NCBI GenBank assembly: GCA_030390025.1
Contig: CM059431.1
Coordinates: 133,302,001-133,366,000, forward strand
Source: Squalus acanthias
Lineage: Eukaryota
Length of the DNA: 64,000 nt
Direction: 5' to 3'
The stretch's first letter is position 1; the number at the start of each line of letters is the position of its first letter. The notes below the pieces were generated by a model. That model had not been told where the DNA came from, did no database searches, and saw only the letters and a program-made list of their open reading frames with translations. Made by a program: the position numbers and the translations under genes. Shown one piece after another: positions 1-12,100 of the stretch.

Positions 1-150
1 ACATCAACATTTAATAGTTTCTCACCATTTAAAAAATATTCTGTTTTTCTATTCTTCCTACCAAACTGAATAACCGCAAATTTCCCCACATTGTACTCCA
101 TCTGCCACCTTCTTGCCGACTCACTCATCCGGTCTATATCCCTTTGCAGA
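1..150 (-). mobile_element. CR1 LINE ORF2 fragment
   Basis: Reverse strand matches the post-RT region (WQMEYNVGKFAVI..GRKNRKTEYFLNGEKL) of other CR1 copies. Confidence 0.7.
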
Positions 151-156
151 TTCTTT

Positions 157-310
157 GGCCTGGATTTTAACCTGGACACGAGTTCTGTGCGGGGGCGCTG
201 TTCTGAGGTCGGGATCTCGGAAGAACGGGTTCCCCGAATGTCCTGCAGAATTTAACTGCAGGGTCTGGATAGCGGGCACAGGGTGGTTAGGGGCGGGGTG
301 CAGAGGGTGG
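157..310. mobile_element. Truncated Harbinger-type MITE end
   Basis: Starts GGCCTGGATTTTAAC, the TIR style shared by other MITEs in this window. Cut off by a CR1 3' tail. Confidence 0.45.
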
Positions 311-892
311 ATAGAAACATAGAAAAATAGGAGCAGGAGTAGGCCATTCGGACCTTCGAGCCTGCTCCGCCATTCAATATCATGGCTGATCCTCTATCTC
401 AATACCATATTCCTGTTCTTTCCCCATACCCCTTGATGCCTTTTGTGTCTAGAAATCTATCTATCTCCTTCTTAAATATATTCAGTGACTTGGCCTCCAC
501 AGCCTTCTGTGGTAGAGAATTCCATAGGTTCATAGGTGAAGAAATTTCTCCTCATCTCAGTCCTAAATGTCCTACCCCGTATCCTGAGACTGTGACCCCT
601 CGTTCTAGACCCCCCAGCCAGGGGAAACATCCTCCCTGCATCCAGTCTGTCTAGCCCTGTCAGAATTTTATACGTTTCAATGAGATCCCCTCTCATTCTT
701 CTAAACTCTAGTGAATACAGGCCTAGTCGACCCAATCTCTCCTCTTACGACAGTCCTGCCATCCCAGGAATCAGTCTGGTGAACCTTCGCTGCACTCCCT
801 CTATGGCAAGTATATCCTTTCTTAGGTAAGGAGACAAAACTGCACACAGTACTCCAGGTGTGGTCTCACCAAGGCCCTGTATAACTGTAGTA

Positions 893-1996
893 TAGACCTC
901 CTCAGAAGGCAAACACGGGACACAACCAACAGGGTACCCTACGTCGTCCAGTACTTCCCCGGAGCGGAGAAACTACGCCATGTTCTTCGCAGCCTTCAAC
1001 ATGTCATCGATGACGACAAACACCTCGCTAAGGCCATCCCCACGCCTCCACTACTTGCCTTCAAACAGCCGCCTAACCTCAGAAGTACCATCGTTCGCAG
1101 CAAATTACCCAGCTTTCAGGATAACAGCGACCACGACACCACACAACCCTGCCATGGCAAACTCTGCAAGACATGCCAGATCATCAACACAGATACCACC
1201 ATCACACGTGAGGACACTACCCACCAGGTACATGGTACATACTCATGTGACTCGGCCAACGTTGTCTACCTCATACGTTGCAGGAAAGAATGCACCGCGG
1301 CATGGTACATCGGCGAGACCATGCAGACACTGAGACAACGTATGAACGAGCACCGCGCAACAATCGCCAGGCAGGATTGTTACCTCCCAGTCGGGGAACA
1401 CTTCAGCAGTCAAGGACATTCAGCCTCGGATCTGCGGGTAAGCGTTCTCCAAGGCAACCTTAGAAACACACGACAACGCAAAATCATCGAGCAGAAACTG
1501 ACAGCCAAGTTCCGCACTCATGAAGATGGTCTCAATCGGGATCTTGGGTTTATGTCACGATACATGACGTGATCCGGACTCGAGTCGTCGTTAGCTTGTT
1601 CACAGATGTGATTCCCAGTAAAAAAGTAAAAATTTTCCCAGTAAAAAAGTAAAAATGTTAAAGCTTTTCGTTTTACATACAGACGGCAGCTTTTGACACG
1701 TTAGAACCCCTGCGACTACACCTCATTGTCTCAGTTGTATCTTGCTATGTCTTTGATGTGGTACCTTCCTGGCTGACTTAATTAACTTTATCACACCTCG
1801 GCAGATAGTCAGGATGATTTAATTTAGTGGTCTGCAATTGTAAGGTACACATGCTTTGTTTTCTATCTATATATGCTTTGGCGATTCTGTATCTAATTTA
1901 CTTCACCTGAGGAAGGAGCAATCGATAGCTCCGAAAGCTTGTGATTTCAAATAAAACTGTTGGACTATAACCTGGTGTTGTGCGACCTCTCAATTT
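893..1996 (+). mobile_element. 5'-truncated Penelope-like retroelement with GIY-YIG endonuclease and 3' pLTR
   Basis: Open frame 901-1572 with PCHGKLCKTC, SCDSANVVYLIRC...WYIGET...RMNEH...GLN. 11-bp TSD TAACTGTAGTA at 882-892 and 1997-2007. Confidence 0.92.
1904..1943 (+). ncRNA. Minimal type I hammerhead ribozyme in Penelope pLTR
   Basis: cac-CTGAGGA-a-ggagc(aatcgata)gctcc-GAAA-gctt-gtg. Intact CUGANGA and GAAA core, 5-bp stem II, stem I cac/gtg, palindromic AAGCTT stem III. Confidence 0.8.
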
Positions 1997-2334
1997 TAAC
2001 TGTAGTAAGACATCCTTGCTCCTGTACTCAAATCCTCTTGCAATGAAGGCCAACATACCATTTGCCTTCCTAACTGCTTGCTGCACCTGCATGTTTGCTT
2101 TCGGTGACTGGTGTACAAGGACACCCAGGTCCCTCTGTACATCAACATTTCCCAATCTATCACCATTTAAATAATACTCTGCCTTTCTGTTTTTCCTACC
2201 GAAGTGAGTAACTTCACATTTATCCACATTATACTGCATCTGCCATGTATTTGCCCATTCACTCAACTTGTCTAAATCGCCTTGAAGCCTCTTTGCATCC
2301 TCCTCACAACTCACAATTCCACTTAGTTTTGTGT

Positions 2335-5300
2335 AATTTTTGATAAAGCAGTTCGGGAGCATTTAAACTAGTATGGCAGGGGGCTAGAAACCTATGTAGT
2401 GAAATAGAGGAAAGTGAAAGGCAGGCAGAAATAAATGGTAAAAGGGTGAGGAACAAAAAACAAAGGGCCAAACCAATTCATAAAAAATGTGAGCATAAAA
2501 AAAGCCTGAGGGTTTTACACCTTAATGCGAGAAGCATCAGGAACAAGGTAGATGAATTAGCTGTGGAAATAGAGGTTAATAATTATGATCTAATTGGGAT
2601 TACGGAAACATGGTTGCAGGGTGAGCAGGGCTGGGAGCTTAACATACAGGGGTATTCAGTATTTAGGAAGGATCGACAAAAAAGAAAGGGAGGAGGGGTA
2701 GCATTGCTGGTAAAAGAAGGGAGAAATGCAATTGAAAGGAAGGATATTAACTCAGTTAATACAGAATCTATATGGGTGGAGCTAAGAAATAGCGAGGGGC
2801 GAAAAACATTAATAGGAGTGGTATATAGGCCTCCAAATAGTAAAATAGAGGTTGGGGAGGGCATCACGAGGGAAATTAGAGAAGCGTGCAATAAGAGCAC
2901 AGCTGTCATCATAGGTGACTTTAACTTACATATAGATTGGACTAGCCTAATCAGTAAAAATAATGAGGAGGAGGAATTCCTTGAGTGTTTAAGGGATGGT
3001 TATCTGGATCAATATGTCGAGGAACCAACTCGGGAACAGGCTATATTGGACTGGGTACTGTGCAATGAGAAGGGACTAATTAGTAATCTTGTTGTACGGG
3101 GACCCTTGGGTCAGAGCGATCATAACATGATCGATTTCTCACTCGAAATGGAGAGCGAAGAAATTGACTCAGATACTAAGGTCCTGAATTTAAACAAGGG
3201 GAATTATGATGCCATTAGACGGGAACTGAGTAGGTATGATTGGACAACGTTCCTGGGAGGACTGGAGGTAGATAAACAATGGCAAGCATTTAAAGATAGA
3301 ATGACAAAATTGCAAAAATTGTTTATACCAATCTGGCATAAAAGGAAATCTAAAAAGGTGACTCAACCGTGGATAACAGGGGAAATTAGAGACAGCATAA
3401 AATCCAAAGATAGGGCGTATAAAATAGCCAAAAAAAGCGCCAGAGCGGAAGATTGGGAACAGTTTAAGATAGAGCAAAGGAGGACAAAGGGCTTAATCAA
3501 GAGGGGCAAAATAGCTTACGAAAGCAAGCTGGCGGAAAATATAAAAACTAACTCCAAAAGCTTTTATAAGTATATCAAGAGGAAAAGACTGGTGAAAACC
3601 AAAGTTGGCCCATTGCAGTCAGATACGGGGGAATATATAACGGGAAATAAAGAAATGGCAGACCAACTAAATGCATACTTTGGGTCAGTCTTTACGAAGG
3701 AAGACACAAAAAACCTCCCTGGGATATCGGGAAAAATAGGGACATTTGCAAAGGAGGAACTGACGCAAGTCAATATCTCTAAGGATATGGTGTTAAGGAA
3801 GCTAAAGGGATTGAAGGCGGACAAATCCCCAGGGCCTGATAACATGCATCCTAGGCTGCTGAAGGAGGTGGCCCTAGAGATAGCGGATGCACTAAGTATG
3901 ATTTTTCAGAATTCATTAGACTCGGGAACAGTGCCCATGGATTGGAGGGTAGCTAACGTTACCCCACTATTCAAAAAGGGGGGTAGGGAAAAAGCAGGTA
4001 ATTACAGACCTGTAAGCCTTACATCAGTTGTGGGCAAAATGCTGGAGTCCATCATTAAGGATGAAATAGCGGAGCACTTAGCAAATGGGGACAGGATAGG
4101 ACAGAGTCAACATGGATTTACAAAGGGTAAATCGTGCTTGACTAATCTATTGGAATTTTTTGAGGGAGTAACTGGTAAAATAGATGGGGGAGAGCCAGTA
4201 GATGTGGTGTACCTGGACTTCCAAAAGGCCTTCGATAAGGTCCCACATAAAAGATTAGCATGGAAAATTGAAGCTCATGGGATAAAGGGGAAAGTATTGA
4301 CGTGGATAGAGAACTGGCTGTCAGATAGAAAACAGAGAGTTGGAATAAACGGCTCATTTTCTGAATGGCAGGCAGTAACAAGTGGGGTACCACAGGGATC
4401 TGTCCTGGGTCCCCAGCTGTTCACAATTTACATTAATGACCTGGATCAGGGAGTCGGATGCAGCATTTCCAAATTTGCAGACGACACTAAACTAGGAGGG
4501 GGGGGTGGGCTCAGAGGAGGAGACCAGGAAGCTCCAGAGCGATTTGGACAGACTGGGTGATTGGGCGGATAAATGGCAGATGCACTATAATGTGGACAAG
4601 TGCGAAGTTATCCACCTTGGGTGCAGGAACGGGAGGGCAAATTATTATTTAAATGGCAATAAATTGGGAGAGGGGGAAGTACAGAGAGACCTGGGTGTTC
4701 TTGTACACCAGTCACTGAAGGCGAGCATGCAGGTGCAACAGGCGGTCAAGAAGGCAAACGGTATGCTGGCCTTCATAGCAAAAGGGTTGGAATACAGGAA
4801 CAGGGATACCTTGCTGCAGCTGTACAGGGCACTGGTGAGACCACACCTCGAGTACTGTGTACAGTTTTGGTCGCCTCATCTGAGGAAAGATGTTCTTGCC
4901 ATGGAGGGGGTGCAGCGGCGATTCACCAGGCTGATACCAGGAATGGCGGGATTGACCTATGAGGAGAGACTATGTAGTTCAGGGATGTACACACTGGAGT
5001 TTAGAAGATTGAGAGGGGACCTCATAGAAGTGTATAAAATTCTGACAGGTCTAGACAGACTAGATGCAGAAGGAATGTTTCCCTTGGCGGGTGAGAACAG
5101 AACTAGAGGACATAATTTAAGGATAAGGGCTAAACCATTTAGGACAGAAATGAGGGGGAATTTCTTCACTCAGAGGGTGGTGAACCTGTGGAACTCATTG
5201 CCACAGAGGGCAGTGTACGCCAGCTCATTAAATATATTTAAGAGGGAATTAGATATATTTCTACAGGCAAAAGGGGTTAAGGGTTACGGAGAGAAGGCGG

Positions 5301-5411
5301 GGACGGGATACTGAATTGGAGGATCAGCCATGATCTCATTAAATGGCGGAGCAGGCTCGAAGGGCCGGATGGCCTACTCCTGCTCCTATCTTCTATGTAT
5401 CTATGTATCTA
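2335..5411 (+). mobile_element. Young CR1 LINE: last codons of ORF1, near-intact ORF2 (APE endonuclease + RT), 3' UTR and (CTATGTAT)n tail
   Basis: ORFs 2446-4560 and 4505-5314 are joined by one extra G in the G-run at 4498-4505. Motifs LNARS, ITETWL, GDFN, SDH, QGSVLGP, FADD. TSD TGTGT at 2330-2334 and 5412-5416. Confidence 0.95.
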
Positions 5412-6079
5412 TGTGTCGTCAGCAAACTTGGAAATATTACATTTGGTTCCCTCATCCAAATCATTGATATATATTGTGAATAGCTGGGGCCCAAGCACTG
5501 ATCCCTGCGGTACCCCACTAGTCACCGCCTGCCACCCCGAAAAAGACCCATTTATTCCTACTCTCTGTTTTCTGTCAGTTAACCAATTTTCAATCCATGC
5601 CAGTATATTACCCCCAATCCCATGTGCTTTAATTTTGCGCACTAACCTCTTATGTGGGACTTTATCAAAGGCCTTCTGAAAATCCAAATACACCACATCC
5701 ACTGGTTCTCCCTTATCTATTCTACCAGTTAGATCCTCAAAAAACTCCAGTAGGTTTGTCAAACACGACTTCCCTTTCATAAATCCATGTTGACTTTGTC
5801 TAATCCCGTTGATATTTTCTAAGTGTCCTGTTATCACATCCTTTATAATAGACTCTAGCATTTTCCCTACCACTGATGTTAGGCTAACCGGTCTATAGTT
5901 CCCTGTTTTCTCTCTCCCTCCTTTTTTAAATAGTGGGGTTACATTTGCCACCCTCCAATCTGCAGGAACTGTTCCATAATCTGGGGTGGGGCAGAGAGTG
6001 TATGGTGGGGGGGGAGGGGGGGGGGCGGTTGGGTGGGTTACCCTTCAGCCTTCTCTTTTCTGAAGAAAAGAGCTTCAGC

Positions 6080-6998
6080 CTGTTAAATTTGCAGATGACA
6101 CCAAATTGGGGGTGGGGTGGGGGGAGGACTGAAACAAGTTACAGGAGGACATTAATAAACTTGCAGAATGGGCATATAATTGGCAAATGAAGTTCAACAC
6201 AGATAAATGTGAGGTATTACATTTTGGTAGGAAGAATAGGGAGGTCACATTACTTGGAGGGTGCGAGTCTAGGTGGGGTAGAGGAACAAAGGGATCTGAG
6301 AGTACAAATACACAAATCACTAAAAGTTATGACACAGGTTAGCAAGGCCATAACAAAGTAAACCAAGCACTAGGGTTTATTTCTAGAGGTATAGAATTGA
6401 AAAGTAGGGAAGTTATGCTAAACCTGTATCGAACCTTGGTTAGACCACACAGAGTACTGTGTACAGTTCTGGTCTGCATATTATAGAAAGGATATAGAGG
6501 CACTGGAGAGGGTGCAGAGAAGATTTACAAGGATGATACCAGGAATGCGAGGGTATACATATCAGGAAAGGATAAACAGGCTGGGTCTCTTTTCTCTTGG
6601 AAATGGCTGAGGAGTGACCTAATAGAGGTCTTTAAAATTATGAAAGGTTTTGATAAAGTGGATAGAGAGAGAATGTGTCCACTTGTGGGGAAAAGCATAA
6701 CTAGAGGCCATCAATACAAGATAGTCACCAAGAAATCCAATTGGGGATTCAGAAGAAACTTCTCTGCCCAAGAATGTGGAACTCACCACCACAAGGAGTG
6801 GCTGAAGCGAAAAGTAGAGATGCATTTAAGGGGAGGCTAGACAAGCATAAGAGGGAGCAGGGAATAGAGGGTTTTGCTGATAGATTTAGATGAGGAAAGA
6901 CGGGAGGAGGCTCGAGTGGAGCATAAACGCTGGCATGGACTGGTTGGGCCGAATGGCCTGTTTCTGTGCCGTATATCTTATGTAATCCTATGTAATAT
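6080..6998 (+). mobile_element. CR1 LINE 3' fragment, degenerate
   Basis: Runs from FADDTKLG through the ORF2 C-terminus and 3' UTR to a TATGTAATCC-type tail. Confidence 0.85.
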
Positions 6999-7600
6999 GA
7001 AATATGGCACCTCATATGACATAGCGCTCCTTCAGTACTACAGCAGACATTTAGCCTAGAGTTATTTGCTCAAGTCCTGAAGTGGGCCTGGAACCCATGA
7101 CCTGAACTAGTGCTGATAATGTGACAACAGATCCAAGGCTGACAATTATATTTTAGGAGTGGATTTTTTATGATGTTATTGATGAGGAATCAACAGTAGG
7201 AATTGAACTTCGGTCAAACCTGTTTCTGTGCCGTATATCCTATGTAATCTCTTAGTTCTGGTATCGTCCCTGTAAATCTTTTTTGCACCGTCTCCCATGC
7301 CTCCATATCCTTTTTATAATATGGAGACCAGAACTGTACACAGTACTCCAAGTGTGGTCTAACCAAGGTTATATACGTTTAACATAAATGTATGGGACAA
7401 AAGGTGGACAAGTCCCCTGGACCTGATGGCCTGCATCCTAGGGTCTTAAAAGAGGTGGCTGCAGAGATAGTGGATGCGCATTGGTTGTAATCTACCAAAA
7501 TTCCCTGGATTCTGGAGAGGTCCCAGTGGATTGGAAAACTGCAAATGTAACACCCCTATTCAAGAAAGGAGGGAGACAGAAAGCAGGAAACTATAGACCA

Positions 7601-7750
7601 TGATCTATAGACTCCAGTTCTGACGAAGGGTCATCGACCTGAAACATTAACTCTGTTTCTCTCGCCATAGATGCTGCCTGACCTGCTGAGTATTTCCAGC
7701 ATTTCTGTTTTTATTTCAGATTTCCAGCATCCGCAGTATTTTGCTTTTGT
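7601..7750 (+). mobile_element. 150-bp Penelope pLTR-derived insert carrying a hammerhead motif
   Basis: 13-bp TSD AAACTATAGACCA at 7588-7600 and 7751-7763. Related sequence at 19430-19497, 21445-21550, 31305-31400 and 31905-32015. Confidence 0.85.
7617..7651 (+). ncRNA. Minimal hammerhead ribozyme motif
   Basis: gtt-CTGACGA-ag-ggtc(atc)gacc-t-GAAA-catt-aac. Core intact, stem I gtt/aac. Stem III reads AACATT, probably a CpG-decayed AACGTT palindrome. Confidence 0.7.
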
Positions 7751-8278
7751 AAACTATAGACCAGTTAGCCTAACATCTGTCATTGGGAAAATGCTGGAGT
7801 CCATTATTAAGGAAGTAGCAGCAGGACTTTTAGAAAATCATAATACAATCAAGCAGAGTGAGCATGATTTTATGAAAGGGAAATCGTGTTTGACAAATTT
7901 GCTAGAGTTCTTTGAGGATGTAATGATCAGGGTGGATAAAGGGGAACCAGTAGATGTAGTGTATTTGGATTTCCAGAAGGCATTCAATAAGGTGCCACAT
8001 GAAAGGTTACTGCACAAGATAAGAGCTCATGGGGTTGGGGGTAATATATTAGCATGGATAGAGGATTGGCTAACTAACAGGAAACAGAGAGTCGGGATAA
8101 ATGGGTCATTTTCAGGTTGGCAAACTGTAACTAGTGGGGTGCCACAGGGATCAGTGCTGGGTCCTAAGCTGTTTACAATCTATATTAATGACTTGGATGA
8201 AGGGACCGAGTGTAATGTAGCCAAATTTGCTGATGATACAAAGATAGGTGGGAAAGCAAGTTGTGAAGAGGACTCAAA

Positions 8279-9138
8279 GGCCGCGATTTTGCCGGCGCTC
8301 AGAGGTTTGGAGGCGGATCAGAGGTTAAATTAGTTTTGATTGACAGCGGGTTCCGATCCCGCCGTCAACCCGCCTCCAAACAGCTTTCCCAAGTGTCGGG
8401 TCCCCGATTTGCGAATGGACCCGACGCCTAGCGGCGGGAAGCGAATGAAAGGCAATTTCTTGCCTATTAACAGGTACTTGCTAGTTGTTTTTAGCCTATT
8501 TTTAGATTTTCCCGCTTTTGGGTCGGCTTTCCCGATGCCCGGACACCATGCCAGGTAAGTGAGTCTGCTGTAATGTTTGTGGAATGATGACAGCTGCAGA
8601 AGTGGTGTGAAGGATCCAATGTTGCACATGGTGAGTTTCAGAGGAAAGAAAATGTTGGTTACTGCATTTTTAATACATTTACAGATTTCTTTAGCTTACA
8701 AGTTTTTAAATCCATGTCCAGTGCCACTTCATTGGGAGAACCTCTCTCACCAGTGACAGATCGCTTCTGTCACCTCACCTGCAGCTGCCATCTATTCCAG
8801 CATATGGAGGGAGTCATTGGAGAGCCTGCGTGCAAGAGGTCACCTTTGTGCAATGATTGTCAGTGTTTTCAGCACCTCAATGCTGTCAAAGCACTGAGAA
8901 ATCAACTGTCAAAATAAAATTGTGCGTGGTCCCATTAAGGAAACTGGCAGATGACGCGTCATCAAATTACGTCATCAGACCCGCTTCCTGTTAATTGGCC
9001 GGCAAGGCCGCAGGGCGGGCTTAACAAGGTCAATCAAGGCAAAATCACGTCTGTGGAGCAGAAGCAGCTGGGGCGGGACTGGAAGCGGGAAACCAGCTGA
9101 CCCGCACTTAACTCGCCTCCATTAATAAAATCGTGGCC
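8279..9138. mobile_element. Non-autonomous DNA transposon (Harbinger-type MITE, family A), 860 bp
   Basis: TIRs GGCCGCGATTTT / AAAATCGTGGCC and 3-bp TSD AAA. Removing it restores the CR1 frame. Second copy at 20230-21082. Confidence 0.88.
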
Positions 9139-12100
9139 AAAGAATCTGCAAAGGGATATAGATAGGTTAAGTGAGTGGGCAAAAAATTGGCAGATGGAGT
9201 ATAATGTGGGAAAATGTGAGGTTATCCACTTTGGTATGTAAAATAAAAAAGAAAATTATTATTTAAATGGAGAGAGACTACAAAATTCTGCGGTACAGAC
9301 GGATCTGGGGGTCCTTGTACATGAAACACAAAAAGTTAGCATGCAGGTACAGCAAGTAATCAAAAAGTCAAATGGAATGTTGGCCTTTATTGCAAGGGGG
9401 ATTGAGTATAAAAGTAGGGAAGTCTTGCTACAACTGTACAGGGCGTTGCTGAGACCACACCTGGAGTACTGCGTACAGTTTTGGTCTCCTTATTTAAGGA
9501 GGGATATACTTACATTGGAGGCAGTTCAGAGAAGGTTCACTAGGTTGATTCCTGAGATGAAGGGGTTGCCTTATGAAGAAAGGTTGAGCCTATACTAATT
9601 GGACTTTAGAAGAATGAGGTGTGATCTTATTGAAACGTATAAGATTCTGAGGGGGCTTGACAGGGTAGATGCAGGGAGGATGTTTCCCCTAGTGGGGGAA
9701 TCTAGAACTAGGGGCCATAGTTTCAGAATAAGGGGTCGCCCATTTAAAACGGAGATGAGGAGGAATTTCTTCTCTCAGAGGGTCGTGAATCTTTTGAATT
9801 CTCTACCCCAGAGAGCTGTGGAGGCTGGGTCCTTGAATATATTTAAGGTGGAGATAGACAGATTTTTGAACTATAGGGGAGTCAAGGGTTATGGGGAGTG
9901 GGCAAGAAAGTGGAGTTGAGGCCAAGACCAGATCAGCCATGATCTTATTGAATGGCAGAGCAGGCTTGAGGGACCAAATGGCCTTATGTTCGTATAACTT
10001 ACCTGCTTTTCAATTCTATTCCTCTAGCAGCGAACCCCAGTGTTTTGTTTGCATTTTTGATGCCCTTGTTAACTTGCATTGCTACTTTTAATGATTTGTG
10101 AATGTGTATCCTTAGATTCCTTTGCTCCTCTACCCCATTGAGACTCTTTCCATGGAGTATGTGGGCTCCTTATTCCTCCTATGAAAATGCACCATCTCAC
10201 ACTTACCTATATTAAAATTAATTTGTCATTAATTCAATTTAATTGAAATCCCATCTACAACAATTACATCAGGTTAATTTCTAAGAATATTCTTTTGTTC
10301 AAAGTATATATGAGTAAGCTAAGAGCCTGACTTTGTGATGAACTATTTCTCTGGTTGCAAACAAAGCAACACAAGCATCTAAATCCCCAGTGATGAAATG
10401 CCACCATACTGCTGTTTGATGTGATCAATTTGCCTGTTGTACAAGCTATCATGTCAAGATCACAGAATGTCTGATCCCTCCCTTAGCTCACAACAGACAA
10501 TATTGATTACAGTAAACAAGCAGAAACAAACCTAAAGTCTGCTGCACTTAAAAGTGAAAAATAAAGCTTTTATATACAAACATTCTAAATAAAACATTAA
10601 TGTTAATTGTTCCCCAGCTTTAGTAAAATGCAACTACGAACTTACAACTGTGTGAACAACCAAACTAATGGTGCATTCCTGTTTTCTTATGTCAAGATTT
10701 AAATCTTTCAGCCATAATTTTTTAATGATACCATCTTTTCTTTGATGTCTAAATAAAATGAGAACATTAGAGTAAATTACAATGTTTTTGTTATAAGTGG
10801 ATATGAAAAGTCACTTCTAAACCCAACATAAACATACTTTTAACAATTAACTGTATAAACAATAAAAACAAAATGGAGCTGCCATTTGTACAGATAGGGA
10901 AAAAAGGCACAAAATAAAAAACATTTTAATTGTGACCAGAATTTGTGGAATTAGCTTTTAAATTCACATTTCCATGACTCAGTCTTTAACAGCTTAAAAT
11001 AACACCAGAATTCCTTCCACACACTTTCCCTGACACCATCAAACAATAAACTGTAAGGGTCAGTGATACTGAAACAAGGAAAGGCAGTTCCACTCCTTTG
11101 CACTAATGAAAGTGACTGACCCATACTATTATCCCTGCCTTAGAACCTTTTGTCTATCGCATCCAGATGCAGCTGCTATTCATTCAGACAACTGACTGTG
11201 GACGCCTCCATCACTTTTCCCCTTTCTTGAGCATTTTCACTTCATAAAGCTGCAGTCAATGTGTTTTGTGTGTGGTGAGGAGGAATGACACATTCAGTGG
11301 TGGTCTCAGACTCTACCTACACTGGTGGTTCAAGTAGTTGCAGGATTAGGCCTTTGTGCTTGATGAAAAGATATTAAAAGTCAGTTATTTGAACTCAGTC
11401 AAGCTGCTGATTTTTGAATAGAAGGGTTCTGCAATTCACTTTTTCCTCTATAAATCACTGCCCTCTCCACAGCACAGCTGCAACACCATTCACATAGTGT
11501 TTATACTTGAGAAACCAGAATATATGTTAGACCTGTGATACTAGACAATAGATAATAAACTTGGCCTATGCACATATTTCAATAGCAATGGGGAATAAAT
11601 ACATAGGTAACTCCGTTTATTTTTAAAATTGAAATTTTCACACAAATTCAAAGTAGCATCAATAAAAAGTAGCGGTTCTCCCTATAATATGGAACAGTAA
11701 TTTGTTTATAATTTTTTGCTGCTGTTACCTGCTCTATCTATCCCCCACCCACACACAGATAATATTTATAATGATGGACACTGATGTTTTGGCCATCTCT
11801 ACATTTATTGTGTTAAGTTTATTTTGATAACATTTCTGGGGAGAAGCGAGGCAATAAGTTCATGTGCTTGAACAGCAAAGTCTTCTAACAAATAATGTCA
11901 AAAGCAGAATATGATGAAAGATGAAAACTGGTTAAGGAGTTGAAGAAGCCACTGGGAAATATTTCAATTTGAGTTAATTTCAAGAGATCAAGAATAACAA
12001 GTTGCTAACATGTAAATTTGATTTTGGAACAGGGTAAAATGAATTTACTTTGTATGGCAGGTGCTTTTATCTGAGTTTTGTTAAGGAAAAACTGTACGTG

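Larger units (their letters stand above)
311..5975 (-). mobile_element. Older 5'-truncated CR1 LINE in three pieces (311-892, 1997-2334, 5412-5975), split by two nested insertions
   Basis: ORFs 472-735, 1898-2362 and 5409-5951 (-) are collinear ORF2 parts. 3' tail at about 311-330. The sequence rejoins seamlessly once both inserts are removed. Confidence 0.9.
7395..9990 (+). mobile_element. CR1 LINE fragment interrupted by a Penelope pLTR piece and a MITE
   Basis: ORFs 7671-8333, 9341-9598 and 9599-9919 are collinear RT and C-terminal segments. Confidence 0.9.

Noticed and set aside
980..1333. 117-aa ORF
   Set aside because: Off-frame reading of the Penelope GIY-YIG region. The real frame is 901-1572.
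4495..4510. Programmed frameshift at the G-run inside RT
   Set aside because: Other copies read through FADDTKxGG in a single frame, so this is a copy-specific indel or sequencing error.
2446..5314. Bacterial-type RT system (retron, DGR, group II intron)
   Set aside because: APE endonuclease plus RT, an octamer tail and many truncated copies identify it as an ordinary CR1 non-LTR retrotransposon.
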